Source: an uncultured delta proteobacterium (GTDB taxonomy: Bacteria > Desulfobacterota > BSN033 > UBA1163). Taken from it: DNA of 64,000 nt. This document shows, piece by piece, positions 60,656-64,000 of this stretch; the stretch's first letter is position 1; each line of letters begins with the position of its first letter. Location: contig CAVPSJ010000020.1 in NCBI GenBank assembly GCA_963708295.1, positions 32,001-96,000 on the forward strand, in the 5' to 3' direction. The notes below the pieces were generated by a model. That model had not been told where the DNA came from and searched no databases. It saw only the letters and a list, made by a program, of their open reading frames with translations. The translations under genes were made by a program, and so were the position numbers.

Positions 60656-61833
60656 AGACCGTCTATGTGGATAATAATGCGACGACAAGAGTAGCCCCGG
60701 AAGTCCTGGAGGTGATGCAGCCTTATTTTTCTGAGTACTATGGTAATCCTTCAAGCATGCATTTTTTCGGAGGTCAGGTCCAGAAGAAGGTGGATGAGGC
60801 AAGGGCAAGGGTGGCGGAATTCTTGGGGGCAGAGCCTTCGGAGATTGTCTTCACGAGCTGCGGGACAGAGAGCGACAACGCCGCGATCCTGGGGACACTC
60901 GATTCTTATCCTGAGAAGCGGCATATCATCACAACCCGGGTTGAGCATCCTGCGGTGGGGAATGTGTCTACCTATTTAGGCCGAAAGGGCTATCGCGTCA
61001 CCGAACTTTCCGTCGATCGAGAGGGACGGTTGGATCTGGATGAGCTGAGAGAGTCCCTGACCGACGGGACCGCCGTGGTCACCATCATGTATGCCAACAA
61101 TGAAACGGGCGTGATCTTTCCGATCGAAGAGATTGGCGAAATTGTCAAGGCCAAAGGGATTCCTTTTCACACCGATGCAGTTCAGGCGGCAGGGAAGATC
61201 CCCCTCAGCATGAAAAAATCGAAGCTGGATATGCTCTCTATCTCCGGTCACAAACTCCATGCACCCAAAGGAATCGGGATCCTCTACATCCGGAAGGGGA
61301 CGAAGTTTTCTCCCTTCCTGATCGGTGGCCATCAGGAGAAGGGTAGAAGAGGGGGGACGGAGAATGTTCCTTACATCATCGGGCTGGGGAAGGCCTGTGA
61401 GATGGCCCAAAAACATCTGAATGAAGAGAACACGAGGGTCAGATCTCTAAGAGATTATCTCGAGGCGAAGCTTCTGGAAAAGATTCCGAATACGTTAGTG
61501 AATGGAGACCGAAAAAACCGGCTTCCCAACACGACGAGCCTGAGCTTCGAATATGTCGAAGGAGAATCAATTCTCCTTCTTCTTTCCGATCTCGGTATCT
61601 GCGCTTCGTCGGGATCGGCCTGTACTTCGGGTTCTCTGGAGCCTTCGCATGTCCTCAGGGCCATGGGGGTTCCTTTTACCGCGGCACACGGGTCGATCCG
61701 TTTCAGCCTCTCCATCTATAGTACGAAAGAAGAGATGGACTATATCATCGAGCATCTCCCGCCCATCATCCAGAGACTGAGAGACATCTCGCCTTTCTGG
61801 AAAGATTATCTGAAGGCCCAGGGGAGAGTCTAA
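60652..61833 (+). CDS. nifS: Cysteine desulfurase NifS
   Basis: DNNATT, SGHKLHAPKG, SSGSACTS. Confidence 0.93.
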   Translation: MKTVYVDNNATTRVAPEVLEVMQPYFSEYYGNPSSMHFFGGQVQKKVDEARARVAEFLGAEPSEIVFTSCGTESDNAAILGTLDSYPEKRHIITTRVEHPAVGNVSTYLGRKGYRVTELSVDREGRLDLDELRESLTDGTAVVTIMYANNETGVIFPIEEIGEIVKAKGIPFHTDAVQAAGKIPLSMKKSKLDMLSISGHKLHAPKGIGILYIRKGTKFSPFLIGGHQEKGRRGGTENVPYIIGLGKACEMAQKHLNEENTRVRSLRDYLEAKLLEKIPNTLVNGDRKNRLPNTTSLSFEYVEGESILLLLSDLGICASSGSACTSGSLEPSHVLRAMGVPFTAAHGSIRFSLSIYSTKEEMDYIIEHLPPIIQRLRDISPFWKDYLKAQGRV

Positions 61834-62125
61834 CCGGTTGCTGAAAAACACCCATCTGCGGTGCAGTCCGGCTCGCTCATCGTCTCACGGGCGTGCCAAT
61901 AGTTGCTCCTTACCCGTCGCAACGGCATCCCTCATCCCTTCCCCGTGTCAAGCACGGGGAAGGCTTGTTGCGGCGTACGTCACCGTAGGGAATGGTATAA
62001 ACCGTTTCCTACAAAGGATGGCCTGCCTGAACGGCAGGTGAAAGGCTCGTGGGAGCCTCGTCCCGCCCTTGGCGGGAGGCACTTTTTGAGCAGCCTTGAA
62101 AAGGGATTTTTGGCTCACTTTGAAT
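61831..62125. mobile_element. MITE-like repeat, family B, with several nested hairpins
   Basis: TAACCGGTTGCTGAAAAAC...TTTTTGAGCAGCC; begins at the nifS stop codon. Confidence 0.7.
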
Positions 62126-62211
62126 AAGTCATTCATGCGAATTTTTGCTTGTCAAAATATCTGACTCTTCCGTCCAATACCCTGAATACCCTGTCTGGTC
62201 GAAAATTCTTA

Positions 62212-62278
62212 TTGACAGACGTATTTCCTTATATTAGTATTTAAAGTACTAATTATTAGTATTTAAAGTACTAATTAT
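62212..62278 (+). promoter_or_regulatory. Promoter with perfect tandem 22-bp palindromic operator
   Basis: TTGACA-17nt-TAGTAT; TATTAGTATTTAAAGTACTAAT twice (62232-62275). Confidence 0.75.
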
Positions 62279-62875
62279 ATGAATCTGATAGCCCCGGATA
62301 CTATCAACGATATCCTCGAAGCGCTTGATCGTCAGATGGAAGTGCATGGGGGAGTGCCGTTAGGCCTTGTCGTATGCGGAGGGACAGCGCTGTCAGCACT
62401 TGGTCTGGTGATGCGAACTACAAGAGATATGGATGTTTTGGGGTCAGCTTCAGAAACTCAGAATGGGGTGTCCGTTCAATCTTTGAAGAAGTTTCCAGAA
62501 TGGCTCATGGAGGCGGCAGATAGAGTGGGCCGGGATTTCGATTTACCGGAGAAATGGCTTAATCTTGGACCGGCTTCACAGGTGGAGTCTGGATTGCCAG
62601 AGGGATTTGAGAACAGATTGGTAAAGAAGGTTTATGGGCAATATCTCGCTGTTTATTTTATCAGCCGGGTTGATCAGATCCATTTTAAACTTTATGCGGC
62701 GGTAGATCAGGACGGCTACCACGTACAGGATCTGTTTGCTCTTAAGCCCGCGGAACATGAAATGGAAATGGCTGCAAAGTGGGTCGTTACTCAGGATGTT
62801 TCAGAGGTGTTTAGAGCCTTGTTAAAGGACTTTCTGAAGATACACAACTATGGAGATACGGCTAACAGAATTTAA
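62279..62875 (+). CDS. DUF6036/AbiEii-like nucleotidyltransferase
   Basis: VCGGTAL..RTTRDMD, WLN, KLYA..HVQD. Confidence 0.8.
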   Translation: MNLIAPDTINDILEALDRQMEVHGGVPLGLVVCGGTALSALGLVMRTTRDMDVLGSASETQNGVSVQSLKKFPEWLMEAADRVGRDFDLPEKWLNLGPASQVESGLPEGFENRLVKKVYGQYLAVYFISRVDQIHFKLYAAVDQDGYHVQDLFALKPAEHEMEMAAKWVVTQDVSEVFRALLKDFLKIHNYGDTANRI

Positions 62876-63837
62876 GAAGGGATTTGTCGATAAACTCATT
62901 GAAATCCATTGGAGACACTGGACTACCTTAGGTGTTGCGTCCCATGTGAAACCTGAGAAAACGTGGGTAGTAGATCTTGAGCCGCTGATTATTTCTACCC
63001 TTGCGATAGGTTTACATGATAAACGTCTTTTATCCTCATCGTTTGAGTGGTTGACGTAAGAACGGGGAATGGGTAAACCAATCGCGCCTGAAAAGGATTG
63101 TTAAAGTTTTTTCAGAGCCACTGCCGGAATTAAAAACCCTGGTCCTTTATCCTGAAATATTGGAGTTATTTGTCGATACTTATAATAGAAATGCCCGTTA
63201 TAAAATCAAATATCCAAGGATCGATTTATACAAAGCGGAAGGAAACGTAGTCAATGAGTACAGGACTTTCTTTAATGACTTCAAGATAAGAGATGTCACA
63301 ACGGAGCCCAAGCTTCAGCTTCCATCCATGATCCAACTTCTTTTAAGAAATATTTTTGGGGTCGATGCCCGCACCGAAATTCTTATTTATCTCTTGTCCC
63401 ATGAGGGCGGAAACTCGAATTCGATTGCTAAAGAGGTTTCTTATAATCAGAAGAATATCTACACCATCCTTGAGAAGTGGTCACGTGTACAGATGGTAGC
63501 AAAAATATCTGGGGAGAAAATACCGCGCTATTCTCTAACCAGGAAAAAAGGGCTGCTTCTTGCAATCGGACTAAGAGAAATGCCAAATTACTTAAATTGG
63601 ACCAAGACTTTCCTGTTGTTAGACCGACTGGCAAAAGCGATCTCCATCTCTCCGTGGTCTGACGACGAATATCTGTTGTCTTCTCTTTTTAGAGATTCCT
63701 TCAATGAAACCAAATCAATCGGGAGATTGCTCCGTATCAATATCCCTGAACCGAGTCATTACCCGGGCAAACAGTTCTTTTCCCCATTTGCATTTGGTGT
63801 TCTCGGTATTCTTAATAGACTTGGAAAAGAAGGCTGA
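62850..63837 (+). CDS. Hypothetical protein with winged-HTH-like segment (frameshift near 63057)
   Basis: WRHWTTLGV, LRNIFGVDARTEILIYLL..NSIAKEVSY; overlaps the NTase gene. Confidence 0.6.
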
Positions 63838-64000
63838 CATGATTTGGCTCCTGCCCTTTAATTTTCAGCCGTATGAAGGCTTTCCGGTCTTGATTTACTT
63901 CTTCCTCTTCCCCAAAGGTTGAAAAAAGCGTATATTGCAATCACAAATGAACAATGCGGATGGTGGGTTAAGGTTTAGTAAAATATCGAGAAACTCAAAA

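Noticed and set aside
59813-61833. Nitrogen fixation cluster
   Set aside because: nifU-nifS alone is the housekeeping NIF-type Fe-S system of many anaerobes; no nifHDK here

Overview
A 64-kb chromosomal window. Gene content and repeat families suggest an anaerobic Desulfobacterota/deltaproteobacterial genome (inference). About 12 genes carry 1-nt frameshifts, most likely long-read assembly errors. In order it holds addA/addB, a TPP enzyme, an orphan sigma54-type PAS histidine kinase, SDR-SemiSWEET-thiE-thiL-thiM, a peroxiredoxin and an ADP-forming acyl-CoA synthetase. Next come a RAPP-leader/porin/metal ABC operon, a GH15-tkt-rpiB-tal-gnd-zwf-pgl operon and arsS/flavoprotein/DedA. An accessory block at 41.4-50.4 kb holds a HUH (RAYT-like) transposase inside perfect 26-bp terminal inverted repeats, a truncated IS110, a probable group II intron 5' fragment, a RelBE-like TA pair and a two-Ku NHEJ cluster. 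The last third has Att-type ABC genes, an HgcC-like/arsM operon, nifU-nifS and a nucleotidyltransferase/wHTH pair with a tandem palindromic operator. The best candidate for an undescribed system is a RiPP-like locus at 55.5-58.0 kb on the minus strand. It consists of a small CxxC protein, a radical SAM/SPASM enzyme, an unannotated 20-aa peptide MTIKKVAKKFSGLCKCKASC (56608-56670, strong RBS, 3' hairpin) and a circularly permuted ATP-grasp enzyme. Intergenic DNA is filled with nested palindromic repeats and MITEs. No rRNA, tRNA or CRISPR array was seen.
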